A stretch of DNA of 32,000 bases. It comes from Xylanibacter ruminicola 23 (GTDB lineage Bacteria; Bacteroidota; Bacteroidia; Bacteroidales; Bacteroidaceae). Where the stretch lies: positions 2,580,001 through 2,612,000 of the forward strand of contig NC_014033.1 in NCBI RefSeq assembly GCF_000025925.1, given 5' to 3'. Of the stretch, positions 1 through 8,915 are shown piece after piece (the first letter of the stretch is position 1; each line of letters begins with the position of its first letter). A program made the position numbers and the translations under genes. Under the pieces are notes generated by a model. That model ran no database searches and had not been told where the DNA came from. It was given only the letters and a program-made list of their open reading frames with translations.

Positions 1-1
1 C

Positions 2-955
2 GTAAAAATTGATCGTTACACCATTACCTTGCCCGAAGGGGCCTATCCCACCATTCTGCGCCGGGCTAAGGCTGACGGCAGGGTGTCGATTACCGACGAT
101 GAGATAGCCCTTGTAGAGCGTTATGCAGAAGCATATCGTAAGGAGTATGCTGCTCAAGCCCAAAACCAGAAAATAGATAGTCTTAACATCAATATTAGCA
201 ACAGCTACTCTGAGCAATATCTTGCCATTATGGAGCGCCCTGATGTAAAGACTGTGATAGATGAAGAGAGTACGTTGGTTGATATCTACTACCAGCTAGA
301 GGCTGTAAAATCAACGAATCCTGACCCAGCTTTGATAGACTTGGCCTTGGCTCACAGATTCTATTGGACGCTCAACAGCTTCCGCAAGTCATTAGCCCCC
401 GCTGCGCTGAACTTTGCGCTGCAAGAAATCAAGTTGCCTGCTGCACTCGATATTGTGAAGACAACAAACGACAAGTACATAGCCCTTGAGCATCAAGATT
501 TGACTAATGCAGCCAGCCTGCGTCCATCTACCGATGTGGAGAATATGACCGATGGCGAGAAGATGCTACGTAAGATTATCGAGCCATACAAGGGGCGCGT
601 TATCTACCTCGATGTGTGGGGCACATGGTGCGGACCATGTAAGCAGCGGCTAAAAGACTCGTGGAAGGAGAAGGAGGCACTCAAGGATTTAGATATTGTA
701 TACCTCTATCTCTGTAACGGCAGCAGCGACGAATCGTGGAAGAATGTCATCAAGGAGTATAACTTAGCAGGTCCCAACTGCGTTCATTACAATCTGCCCA
801 AAGAGCAGCAGAGTGCCATCGAGCGTTACCTGAACGTACAAGGCTTTCCCACCTATAAAATCATAGACAAGCAAGGCAACATCCACGACCTGGATTGGCT
901 CCACGCTGACGACATGGAGGCATTCAAACAGACTATGGAAAAGTTCTGCAAGTAA
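2..955 (+). CDS. TlpA-like thiol:disulfide oxidoreductase (thioredoxin fold), 5'-truncated by the window edge
   Basis: The frame is open from nt 2, with no stop before the TTG at 29 used by the ORF track. The listed N-terminus has no signal peptide, so the gene probably starts upstream of the window. The C-terminal domain has the redox motif WGTWCGPC followed by GFPTYKIID, typical of TlpA/ResA-type thioredoxins. Confidence 0.75.
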   Translation, partial: VKIDRYTITLPEGAYPTILRRAKADGRVSITDDEIALVERYAEAYRKEYAAQAQNQKIDSLNINISNSYSEQYLAIMERPDVKTVIDEESTLVDIYYQLEAVKSTNPDPALIDLALAHRFYWTLNSFRKSLAPAALNFALQEIKLPAALDIVKTTNDKYIALEHQDLTNAASLRPSTDVENMTDGEKMLRKIIEPYKGRVIYLDVWGTWCGPCKQRLKDSWKEKEALKDLDIVYLYLCNGSSDESWKNVIKEYNLAGPNCVHYNLPKEQQSAIERYLNVQGFPTYKIIDKQGNIHDLDWLHADDMEAFKQTMEKFCK

Positions 956-958
956 TTA

Positions 959-2737
959 TTATATCTCCTTGCAAGCATCTTTTAGCCATTCTTTTTCCTC
1001 ATCATCGAGATGGGGTGAAAGGGTGGCTAAAACATGCTGGTGATATTGGTTGAGCCAGGCGATTTCTTCGTCTAAGAGCATCTCTTTTACAATCGGCGTG
1101 GTGTCGATGGGACAGAGGGTAAGACTCTCGAACTGCAGGAACTCTCCAAACTGGGTTTCCATGTAGGGCGTAATCAGCAGGGTGTTCTCCACACGAACAC
1201 CGAACTTTCCTTCGAGATAGATACCTGGTTCGTCGGTAATAGTCATACCAGCTACAAGGGGTGCTGGTTTCCACTCCATACGGAACTGATGGGGACCTTC
1301 GTGCACATTCAGATAAGTGCCCACACCATGACCTGTGCCATGCAGATAGTTCAAGCCCTCGCGCCACATTGCCTCTCGGGCCAGAATATCTATCTGGGTA
1401 CCACTGGCTCCACTGGGGAACTTGCAGAGTTCTATCTGGACATGACCTTTAAGCACCAGTGTATAGATTCGCTTCTGCTCCTCGGTGAGCGGACCAAGGG
1501 CGATGGTACGGGTGATGTCGGTAGTACCATCCAGATACTGTGCACCACTATCCAACAGCAGAAAACCTTCGGGTTTTAGTGGGATATCGGTCTCAGGTGT
1601 AGCCTCGTAATGCACAATGGCTCCATGTGCCTGATAGCCAGCGATGGTATCGAAAGAGATGTCGCGATAAAGTGGTTGCTCAGCACGAAGCGAGGTCAGT
1701 TTCTTGTCGATAGAGATTTCCGTCTGTCCTCCGGCCTCAACAGCAGGTTTCAACCACGACAGGAACTTCACCATCGCAATACCATCTTTGAGCATGGCCG
1801 ATTTAAAGCCTTCAATCTCTGTAGTATTCTTGACGGTTTTCATGCGCTTGACTGGTGATTCCACCTCTACTATCTCACGGGTGACCCGCTTATAAAGCGT
1901 ATAGTTAACCTCATCAGGATCGAGCAGGATATTATACTCGAAATAATCCTTCAGACCTTTTGCCACTACCTCGTAAGGTGCCACCCCTACCCCTTCGGCT
2001 TTAAGATAAGTTTCAACCTCGGGCGTTAGCTTCACCTTATTTATATATAAGGTAACATCTTTGGACGAAATAAGCAGATAAGCGACAAACACGGGATTGC
2101 AATGCACATCGGTGCCACGCAGGTTCAGCGTCCAGGCAATATCATCGAGAGCCGACATCAGCATACCATCGGCATGTTTTTCGCGCAAGGCCTTGCGGAT
2201 ACGGGCAATCTTTTCACGACAGCTCTCACCAGCATACTGCATAGGAAAAATCTCCACAGCATGCTCAGGGATAACAGGGCGATCGGTCCAGATCTGTGCC
2301 AACGGATCGAGATTAGTACGCAGCGTGATGCCACCCTGCTGACGCAGATCGGCTATCAGCTCCTTCACCTCGTTAGCAGAGTTCACCATTCCATCAAGTC
2401 CAACCTCTGCACCAGCGCCACACTCCTTGCCTATCCACTCTGGGATGGTAGGCGTACCAGGCATCTTCAGTTTCATCAGCTGGAACTCGGTGCCACGCAG
2501 CTGTTCCTCGGCCGCAATGAAGTAGCGTGAATCAGTCCACAAAGCAGCCGAAGTCATCGTAACCACAGCCGTACCAGCCGAGCCGTTAAAACCACTGATA
2601 AACTCGCGCCCTTTCCAATGATCGGGCACGTATTCGCCCTGATGAGGGTCGGTACTTGGAAAGATAAACGCAGCGAGATGTTCACGTTTCATCACCTCGC
2701 GAAGAGCTTCAATTCGTTGATTTACTGTCATCATCAT
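959..2737 (-). CDS. pepP: Xaa-Pro aminopeptidase (aminopeptidase P, M24B family, long ~590-aa form)
   Basis: 592-aa ORF. The C-terminal pita-bread fold motifs are DSGAQY..GTTDITRT, HGTGHGVGTYLNVHEGP and ITDEPGIY..GVRVENT. A long creatinase-like N-terminal region is present. Three tandem ATG codons lie at 2729-2737. Confidence 0.9.
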   Translation of the reverse strand: MMMTVNQRIEALREVMKREHLAAFIFPSTDPHQGEYVPDHWKGREFISGFNGSAGTAVVTMTSAALWTDSRYFIAAEEQLRGTEFQLMKLKMPGTPTIPEWIGKECGAGAEVGLDGMVNSANEVKELIADLRQQGGITLRTNLDPLAQIWTDRPVIPEHAVEIFPMQYAGESCREKIARIRKALREKHADGMLMSALDDIAWTLNLRGTDVHCNPVFVAYLLISSKDVTLYINKVKLTPEVETYLKAEGVGVAPYEVVAKGLKDYFEYNILLDPDEVNYTLYKRVTREIVEVESPVKRMKTVKNTTEIEGFKSAMLKDGIAMVKFLSWLKPAVEAGGQTEISIDKKLTSLRAEQPLYRDISFDTIAGYQAHGAIVHYEATPETDIPLKPEGFLLLDSGAQYLDGTTDITRTIALGPLTEEQKRIYTLVLKGHVQIELCKFPSGASGTQIDILAREAMWREGLNYLHGTGHGVGTYLNVHEGPHQFRMEWKPAPLVAGMTITDEPGIYLEGKFGVRVENTLLITPYMETQFGEFLQFESLTLCPIDTTPIVKEMLLDEEIAWLNQYHQHVLATLSPHLDDEEKEWLKDACKEI

Positions 2738-2760
2738 CGTGTTTTGTAATTTCGAGATTA

Positions 2761-2768
2761 CAAAGGTA
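2761..2768 (-). promoter_or_regulatory. Bacteroidota -7 promoter box TACCTTTG (TAnnTTTG) for pepP
   Basis: The reverse complement of caaaggta reads TACCTTTG. It lies 24 nt upstream of the first pepP ATG. Confidence 0.5.
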
Positions 2769-2843
2769 CAAAATAACTAGCAGAAAATCACATGATTAAC
2801 ACAGATTAATAATAAAAAAACGCTTTATATGAGTCTTTTTTCG

Positions 2844-2851
2844 TAACTTTG
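2844..2851 (+). promoter_or_regulatory. Bacteroidota -7 promoter box TAACTTTG for mdh
   Basis: Exact TAnnTTTG match 37 nt upstream of the ATG at 2888, in an AT-rich divergent intergenic region. Confidence 0.55.
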
Positions 2852-2887
2852 CAGCACTTTAAAAATAACAATAATAAAAATACAATT

Positions 2888-3874
2888 ATGGCTTTTTTAA
2901 CTAACGAGAAATTGGTGATTGTTGGTGCCGGTGGTATGATTGGCTCTAACATGGTACAGAGTGTGTTGATGCTGGGCTTGACTCCCAACATCTGTTTGTA
3001 TGATATCTATGAGCCAGGTGTTCATGGTGTATATGATGAGATGTGCCACTGCGCTTTCCCAGGTGCAAACATTTCTTACACTGTAGATCCTAAGGAGGCT
3101 TTCACTGGTGCAAAGTACATCATCTCTTCAGGTGGTGCTCCACGTAAGGAGGGTATGACCCGTGAGGACCTGCTGAAGGGCAACTGCCAGATCGCAGCCG
3201 ACTTTGGTGAGAACATCAAGAAGTACTGCCCAGACGTTAAGCACGTGGTAGTTATCTTCAACCCAGCTGACGTAACAGCTCTTACAGCTCTGATTCACTC
3301 AGGTTTGAAGCCCAACCAGCTGACATCACTGGCCGCTCTCGACTCTACCCGTCTGCAGCAGCAGCTGGCTCAGGAGTTCGGTGTACAGCAGGATAAGGTT
3401 ACAAACGCTTACACCTACGGTGGTCACGGTGAGCAGATGGCAGTATTCGCCAGCAAGGCTCTCATCGACGGCAAGCCTCTCTCTGAACTTCCTCTCTCTG
3501 ACGAGCGTTGGGCTGAGATCAAGCACATGACTACTCAGGGTGGTAGCAACATCATCAAGCTCCGTGGCCGTTCTTCATTCCAGAGCCCTGCTTATCAGGC
3601 TGTTAAGATGATTGAGGGTGCTATGGGTGGTGAGCCTTTCAAGTGGCCTGCTGGTTGCTATGTAAACGCATTCGGTTTCAAGAACGTGATGATGGCTATG
3701 CCTACCGTTATCGACAAGGACGGTGTACACTTCACTGAGCCCGAGGGCACTGCTGAGGAGATGGCTGCATTGCAGGCTTCTTACGAGCACCTGCAGAAGA
3801 TGCGCGACGAGATTATCTCTCTGGGCATCATCCCTGCCGTAGAGGACTGGGCAAAGGACAATGCAAACCTCTAA
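2888..3874 (+). CDS. mdh: NAD-dependent malate dehydrogenase (LDH/MDH superfamily)
   Basis: Rossmann motif VIVGAGGMIGSNM. The substrate loop GGAPRKEGMTREDLL has Arg at the LDH/MDH discriminating position. The catalytic-region His lies in GGHGEQM. The start is placed at the internal ATG 2888 (MAFLTNEK) because the track start at 2849 overlaps the promoter box. Confidence 0.85.
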   Translation: MAFLTNEKLVIVGAGGMIGSNMVQSVLMLGLTPNICLYDIYEPGVHGVYDEMCHCAFPGANISYTVDPKEAFTGAKYIISSGGAPRKEGMTREDLLKGNCQIAADFGENIKKYCPDVKHVVVIFNPADVTALTALIHSGLKPNQLTSLAALDSTRLQQQLAQEFGVQQDKVTNAYTYGGHGEQMAVFASKALIDGKPLSELPLSDERWAEIKHMTTQGGSNIIKLRGRSSFQSPAYQAVKMIEGAMGGEPFKWPAGCYVNAFGFKNVMMAMPTVIDKDGVHFTEPEGTAEEMAALQASYEHLQKMRDEIISLGIIPAVEDWAKDNANL

Positions 3875-3892
3875 TTAATTCTATATGAAAGG

Positions 3893-3922
3893 GCAGCATG
3901 GAACACCCATGCTGCTTTTTTT
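3893..3922 (+). terminator. Rho-independent terminator of mdh
   Basis: Perfect 9-bp stem GCAGCATGG (3893-3901) / CCATGCTGC (3907-3915) with a 5-nt loop AACAC, followed by a run of 7 T (3916-3922). Confidence 0.75.
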
Positions 3923-3930
3923 GTGTTTTC

Positions 3931-4419
3931 ATGGATATCGAACAACTTTTCCTTTATTATTATCGACCACTTTGTCTTTACGCCTTACACTACGTTAATC
4001 ATACCGACGTGGTGGAAGACCTGATACAGGAATGTTTCGTAAAGCTGATGGAGAAACAGCCCATAGCCAACGAGAAGGCTTATCTTTACACAGCTGTCAG
4101 GAACGCTTGTATTGACTATCTGCGTAAGAAGAATCCTCTGAGCACAGACGTCCAGCCAACCGACCTTGAGGGCACCATCACCGATGAAGAGGCCGCCGAG
4201 CGAAGTCTGCATGAAGCCGAACTATGGACAGCCATCGATACGCTGCCAGAGCGATGCAGGATGATATTCCTGATGGCCAAACAAGATGGTATGACATACC
4301 ATGAAATCGCCGAAGAGCTGCATATCAGTGAGAAAACCGTAGAACATCAACTCAGCAAGGCTATCAGACAATTACGTAAAAAATCAAACGACTACTTCTA
4401 TCTTCTTAACCTTGTTTAA
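3931..4419 (+). CDS. ECF-type RNA polymerase sigma-70 factor (Bacteroidota expansion family)
   Basis: Region-2-like segment LFLYYYRPLCLYALHYVNHTDVVEDLIQECFVKL. Region-4 HTH segment LPERCRMIFLMAKQDGMTYHEIAEELHISEKTVEHQLSKAIRQLRK. The start is set at ATG 3931 (MDIEQLF) because the track start at 3898 lies inside the mdh terminator stem. Confidence 0.85.
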   Translation: MDIEQLFLYYYRPLCLYALHYVNHTDVVEDLIQECFVKLMEKQPIANEKAYLYTAVRNACIDYLRKKNPLSTDVQPTDLEGTITDEEAAERSLHEAELWTAIDTLPERCRMIFLMAKQDGMTYHEIAEELHISEKTVEHQLSKAIRQLRKKSNDYFYLLNLV

Positions 4420-4480
4420 CACTGCTCGCATGGGGGATAGTCCCATTTCCTCCGTTATAGTAGAAAAAACAAGAGTCCAA

Positions 4481-5191
4481 ATGAAGAAATCAAAACTTAC
4501 ACCCAACGCCAGCAAAGTTCTGGCACAGCCTATCATCATGACAGTCATGATGCTTTTTGCAGTATTTACCACACAAGCCCAACCAGAGAGCAAGCCACGA
4601 CGCTGGCACTTTGAAATAAACCTGCGCTACCAACAAGAGATTTGTCAGCACACCTGGTCAAAAGGCCGCACACCATACTACGATTTTGTAGACAATCAGT
4701 TAGTTTTCAAGGGAATTTCAGAATACGAGGATACCTATAACAAATCCATATTTGACAAATTCGAATATGGAGGAAATACTGTGATGTTTTATGAACTGTA
4801 CGACTTGAACAAATGCATGAGCATCGGAGCAGGACTGGGGCTTACCCGTTCGTTCACACAAGAGATGTGGCAACTGCCTCTATATGGCACGTTGCGCTAT
4901 AGACCTTGGAGCACACAGCCTTATACCTATTTATACACCGACCTTGGTTGGACATTAACAAACGCCGAAAGTCCTTCTGGCGATGGTATCAGCGGACCGA
5001 TGTTCAACCTCGGTATTGGTAAGAGTTTTAGTATAGGCAAAAAGACCCGACTGGATTTGAAGCTTGGTTACCATTTACAGCAATACAAATACGAATGGCA
5101 TTATGACGTAACCGACGACGTAGAGGAAATGCGCTGCAATATGAAAGAGGCCCTACACAACCTCGAACTGAGCGTAGGTCTGGCATTCTAA
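4481..5191 (+). CDS. Hypothetical secreted protein, probable small outer-membrane beta-barrel
   Basis: Starts at MKKSKL, with a hydrophobic signal segment ending FTTQAQ. The body is aromatic/Gly-rich with alternating character. The C-terminus LELSVGLAF ends in Phe, like a BAM beta-signal. I do not recognise a family. Confidence 0.6.
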   Translation: MKKSKLTPNASKVLAQPIIMTVMMLFAVFTTQAQPESKPRRWHFEINLRYQQEICQHTWSKGRTPYYDFVDNQLVFKGISEYEDTYNKSIFDKFEYGGNTVMFYELYDLNKCMSIGAGLGLTRSFTQEMWQLPLYGTLRYRPWSTQPYTYLYTDLGWTLTNAESPSGDGISGPMFNLGIGKSFSIGKKTRLDLKLGYHLQQYKYEWHYDVTDDVEEMRCNMKEALHNLELSVGLAF

Positions 5192-5204
5192 AGACAGACA
5201 TCAG

Positions 5205-7805
5205 ATGAGACAGTTACTAATCATACTGCTGTTCCTGCTGACGCAAACAGCAGGAGCACAAACAACCACTCCTACCATCAAGCAACAGATGGAGCGGTTG
5301 CATGAGACTGCTGGGTTAAACTTTGTGTACGACGCAAGCCTGAACGTGAGACAACCCTATCGCGGGCCAGAACTGAAAGGTCTCTCGCTATCCAAAGCAC
5401 TCAAAACCCTTTTCGAAGGCTCTGGCATCAGCTACCAGAAGAACAACAAGTACGTGATGCTGTTCAAAGAGCCTGTTAAGGAAACCGTTAAGCGTTTCAC
5501 CCTGAGCGGACACGTCAGAGACTCTATCGGCGAGACACTCATTAATGCTACCGTTTACGACCTGACCTCCCGCCAAGGTACCACCACCAATGAATATGGC
5601 TACTACTCGCTCACCCTGTCTGAGGGCGAGCACCTGTTACGCATCTCCTATATCGGATATACTGAGCAAACCGTAAAAACAGCGCTTCACAAGAGTCACA
5701 CGATAGACTTTACGCTCCATGAGAACATGCGACTGGGCGAAGTGGTTATTACAGGCGACCTGAACAGCCCTGTACTTGGCACACAAATGGGCAAGCGATC
5801 GCTATCACAAACTGATATCAAAACAGAATTTGCCCTATTCTCTTCTCCAGATGTGGTGAAGACCATTCAGCGCATCAGCGGTGTGCAGGAAGGCGTAGAA
5901 CTGGCATCAGGCCTCTATGTGCATGGTGGCAATAACGACGAGAACCTGTATCTGCTCGACGGCTCTCCACTCTACCAGATTAACCACTCGATGGGACTAT
6001 TCTCATCATTCAATGCCGATATGGTGAAGAATGTAGATTTTTACAAGAGCGGTTTCCCTGCCCGATTCGGTGGACGACTCTCATCGGTGGTTGACGTGCG
6101 CACTAACGATGGCAACATGCAAGAATGGCATGGGGCGTATCGCATTGGTTTGTTAGACGGCAGTGTACAGTTTGACGGACCACTGAAAAAGAACAAGACC
6201 TCATTGAATATCGGCCTGCGCCGCTCATGGCTCGATCTGCTATCGGAGCCGGCATTCTTCCTACAAAGAAGGATCTCGAAAGAAGAGAAGATTGGTTTGA
6301 ACTACAACTTTCACGACCTGAACGCCAAACTCACACACATCATGAACGACCGCTCACGCTTGAGTTTGAGTCTCTACTCAGGATGTGATGCCCTCAGCAC
6401 CAACTACGAGTCGAACTGGAACATGCCGAATGGCGGAACCGACATTGAAAAGACAAAGAACCGCTTGAGATGGGGTAATCTGAACGCGGCACTGAACTGG
6501 AACTATCAGCCATCGCCCAAACTCATGACCAACGTAACTGCTGTATATACCCATAACAGAGCCAATATTCTTCGTTGCGACGATTATAGCTATGCCTCCA
6601 GCAGCACAGAATCCACAAAGAAGACCCATCATGAGAACGAGACCCGCTCTACCATCGATGATATCGGCTACAGGGCAGAGGCAGATTTCCGTCCCTCACC
6701 CCGTCACCATATCCGTCTGGGCAATAATTATACACTCCATCTGTTCCGTCCGCAGACCAAGAATCTGCTCAACTACAATGCTGGTCAGGAAGAGAATGAT
6801 ACGATTAGCAAGCAGAGCAGTAATCATCACACCTCTCATGAACTTAATCTCTATGCCGAGGATCAGATCACGCTGAACAAGCATTGGAGCCTGAACAGCG
6901 GTATGAACCTATCGCTCTTTTTTACGCCAGGCAAGACTTTCCTGAATGCGGATCCTCGTGTAGCCATGAAGTATCAGATAACACCTTACTTGTCGGCCAA
7001 GGCCAGCTACACCATGATGACCCAGTATGTGCATAAAATAACCAACTCGTTCTTAGAGATGCCGACCGACTACTGGGTGCCTACTACAGCCAAACTCCAG
7101 CCCATGCGCTCGCACCAATGGGCCGTAGGACTCTATGCTCAGATGGGCAAAAAGTGGACAGCCTCTATCGAGGGCTATTACAAGACCACCAACCACCTCC
7201 TGCAATACGCAAGTTGGACTGGATTACAGCCACCAGCCGTATCATGGGAGACTGAGGTGATCGACGGTAAAGGTAAGTTCTATGGCATCGAGACCGATGT
7301 GAACTACCATACCCAGAAAATTCAATTCAGTGCAGCTTATACCTTGTCATGGAACAAGCGTAAGTTCGAAGATTTTTATCAAGACTGGTACTACGACAAG
7401 TTCGACAATCGTCATAAGTTGAACCTGACAGGGCGCTTTAAATTCAACAAGAAGACAGAGATGTATGCAGCATGGACACTGCATAGTGGCAACAAGATGA
7501 CAGTACCTACCCAATACGTAGAACTGGCACTGCCTGATGACGATAACAGGCAGCGTGAGTTTATCTACGAACGTCCCAATAACGCCACGCTACCCCTCTA
7601 CCATCGTCTCGACGTAGGATTCAACTTTTACCACACTACCAAGCATGGTCACCAGCGTATATGGAATCTGTCGCTCTACAATGCCTATTGTCATATCAAC
7701 ACTATGTGGACAGAGGCCCAAGTGAAAGACGACGGCACCATCCGTATCAAATCAAGAGGTTATATCCCTATTGTACCATCATTCAGTTATACGATCAAAT
7801 TCTAA
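5205..7805 (+). CDS. TonB-dependent outer-membrane receptor/transducer with STN-like N-terminal signalling extension and carboxypeptidase-regulatory-like domain
   Basis: Signal peptide MRQLLIILLFLLTQTAGAQ. STN-like segment LNFVYDASL...LSLSKALKTLFEGSGISYQKNNKYVMLF. CarboxypepD_reg-like segment FTLSGHVRDSIGETLINATVYD...GYYSLTL. Plug segment VVKTIQRISGVQEG...LYLLDGSPLY...FPARFGGRLSSVVDV. A long barrel ends in SFSYTIKF. Confidence 0.9.
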   Translation: MRQLLIILLFLLTQTAGAQTTTPTIKQQMERLHETAGLNFVYDASLNVRQPYRGPELKGLSLSKALKTLFEGSGISYQKNNKYVMLFKEPVKETVKRFTLSGHVRDSIGETLINATVYDLTSRQGTTTNEYGYYSLTLSEGEHLLRISYIGYTEQTVKTALHKSHTIDFTLHENMRLGEVVITGDLNSPVLGTQMGKRSLSQTDIKTEFALFSSPDVVKTIQRISGVQEGVELASGLYVHGGNNDENLYLLDGSPLYQINHSMGLFSSFNADMVKNVDFYKSGFPARFGGRLSSVVDVRTNDGNMQEWHGAYRIGLLDGSVQFDGPLKKNKTSLNIGLRRSWLDLLSEPAFFLQRRISKEEKIGLNYNFHDLNAKLTHIMNDRSRLSLSLYSGCDALSTNYESNWNMPNGGTDIEKTKNRLRWGNLNAALNWNYQPSPKLMTNVTAVYTHNRANILRCDDYSYASSSTESTKKTHHENETRSTIDDIGYRAEADFRPSPRHHIRLGNNYTLHLFRPQTKNLLNYNAGQEENDTISKQSSNHHTSHELNLYAEDQITLNKHWSLNSGMNLSLFFTPGKTFLNADPRVAMKYQITPYLSAKASYTMMTQYVHKITNSFLEMPTDYWVPTTAKLQPMRSHQWAVGLYAQMGKKWTASIEGYYKTTNHLLQYASWTGLQPPAVSWETEVIDGKGKFYGIETDVNYHTQKIQFSAAYTLSWNKRKFEDFYQDWYYDKFDNRHKLNLTGRFKFNKKTEMYAAWTLHSGNKMTVPTQYVELALPDDDNRQREFIYERPNNATLPLYHRLDVGFNFYHTTKHGHQRIWNLSLYNAYCHINTMWTEAQVKDDGTIRIKSRGYIPIVPSFSYTIKF

Positions 7806-7811
7806 AGAATC

Positions 7812-8915
7812 ATGAAGCAGAATCAGTACATAACATATCTTGTAGCGATGTTCATCATGCTATCGTTCTACGCCTGTAAGGACGAGTTCGACATGACTAA
7901 GATAAATGAGCCTCAGAAACTGAGCGTAAGTTGTTATCCTTCTACCGCCGACACCACATGGATATGGGTTTCACGTACCATCCCTATCAGTCAGTATTCA
8001 AATGCCGAGCAAGACATGAGTATCAGCAATGCCCATATTATATATAAGGTGAACGGACAGCAGCGCGAAGTCAGCAAAGCATCATCTGGTCTTTACTATG
8101 TTTGCGGTACCCAGAATGTTGGCGATAAGATTACCATCGACGTGACGGCCGATGGTTTTGGAACCGTCAAATCAAAAGCCACAGTTCCCAATGCCATCCC
8201 TATCAACATCGACGGACTGAAGAAAACAACCACCTATAATCACAGTTCCGGGGCTTTTGTGACCTACGACCAGGTAACAGCTACCTTCAGCGACCCACAG
8301 GCCACAACAGACTACTATGCAGTCAGGGTCAGAGTCATTAACTATAAGGGCAACGTCTATGGTTATGACAACCCTGTTTATAATGATAATGGCGAGATTG
8401 AATATTACCAGACTCAGTGGTCGCTGGGAAATTCAAGAGGTACCTATGCTAACTATCTGCGCTACAAGGAGATGTATCCCGAAGCAGAATGGCACGTAGA
8501 GATACGCGACTCTATCTATAGCTACCCAGCCATCAATACCGAAGACGAGCCACTACTGAATCCGCTAAGCGAACTCGAAGAGAACTTTGGCTTTAACAAC
8601 AACTTCATCAAACAGTTCTACATCTTCAGCGACGCAACCATCAACGGCCAGACATACACGCTGCATCTGAACATCCCTACCAACGCTGGCGTGTCGGGCT
8701 ACGAATTTATGACACGCTATCAGGTGCAGCTATATCATATCTCGCCTGAACTATACCATTATGTGAAGGCACTTAACGATGTTGAGAATAACGAGCTGGC
8801 ACAAGGTGGTTTTTCGATACTAACGCCCACACCCTCCAACATCCTAAATGGTGTTGGCATCATGGGCGGATACAATACAACAGAAACAACATGGATGACA
8901 AAGCTATATGAGTAA
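7812..8915 (+). CDS. DUF4249-family lipoprotein (usual partner of non-SusC TonB-dependent receptors in Bacteroidota)
   Basis: Lipobox-like MLSFYAC. N-terminal PQKLSVSCYP...WIWVSRTIPIS and C-terminal SNILNGVGIMGGYN resemble the DUF4249 signature. The gene starts 6 nt after the receptor stop. Confidence 0.7.
   Translation: MKQNQYITYLVAMFIMLSFYACKDEFDMTKINEPQKLSVSCYPSTADTTWIWVSRTIPISQYSNAEQDMSISNAHIIYKVNGQQREVSKASSGLYYVCGTQNVGDKITIDVTADGFGTVKSKATVPNAIPINIDGLKKTTTYNHSSGAFVTYDQVTATFSDPQATTDYYAVRVRVINYKGNVYGYDNPVYNDNGEIEYYQTQWSLGNSRGTYANYLRYKEMYPEAEWHVEIRDSIYSYPAINTEDEPLLNPLSELEENFGFNNNFIKQFYIFSDATINGQTYTLHLNIPTNAGVSGYEFMTRYQVQLYHISPELYHYVKALNDVENNELAQGGFSILTPTPSNILNGVGIMGGYNTTETTWMTKLYE

Noticed and set aside
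1002-2530. Multiple 60-140-aa ORFs on both strands within the pepP gene (for example 1002-1367, 1289-1579, 2102-2530).
   Set aside because: They overlap a motif-rich 592-aa M24 peptidase gene and have low-complexity or Arg/Ser/Cys-rich translations. They have no independent start context.
2806-2991. A 61-aa minus-strand ORF spanning the mdh promoter and 5' end.
   Set aside because: It overlaps the TAACTTTG box and the conserved Rossmann-fold start of mdh. The translation is low complexity and there is no promoter or start context.
3898-3930. The longer N-terminal extensions offered by the ORF track for the sigma factor (3898), the small barrel (4412), mdh (2849), the 7TM-HD gene (13823) and the gamma-CA-like gene (9382).
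   Set aside because: The extensions overlap a terminator stem, the preceding gene's 3' end or the gene's own promoter boxes. The internal ATG restores the typical family N-terminus or a signal peptide in each case.
3931-4419. The idea that the ECF sigma in this window is the SigP-like regulator of the por operon located 16 kb away.
   Set aside because: It is embedded in its own transducer/anti-sigma operon, which argues for a dedicated cell-surface-signalling role. Nothing in the sequence links it to the por leader.
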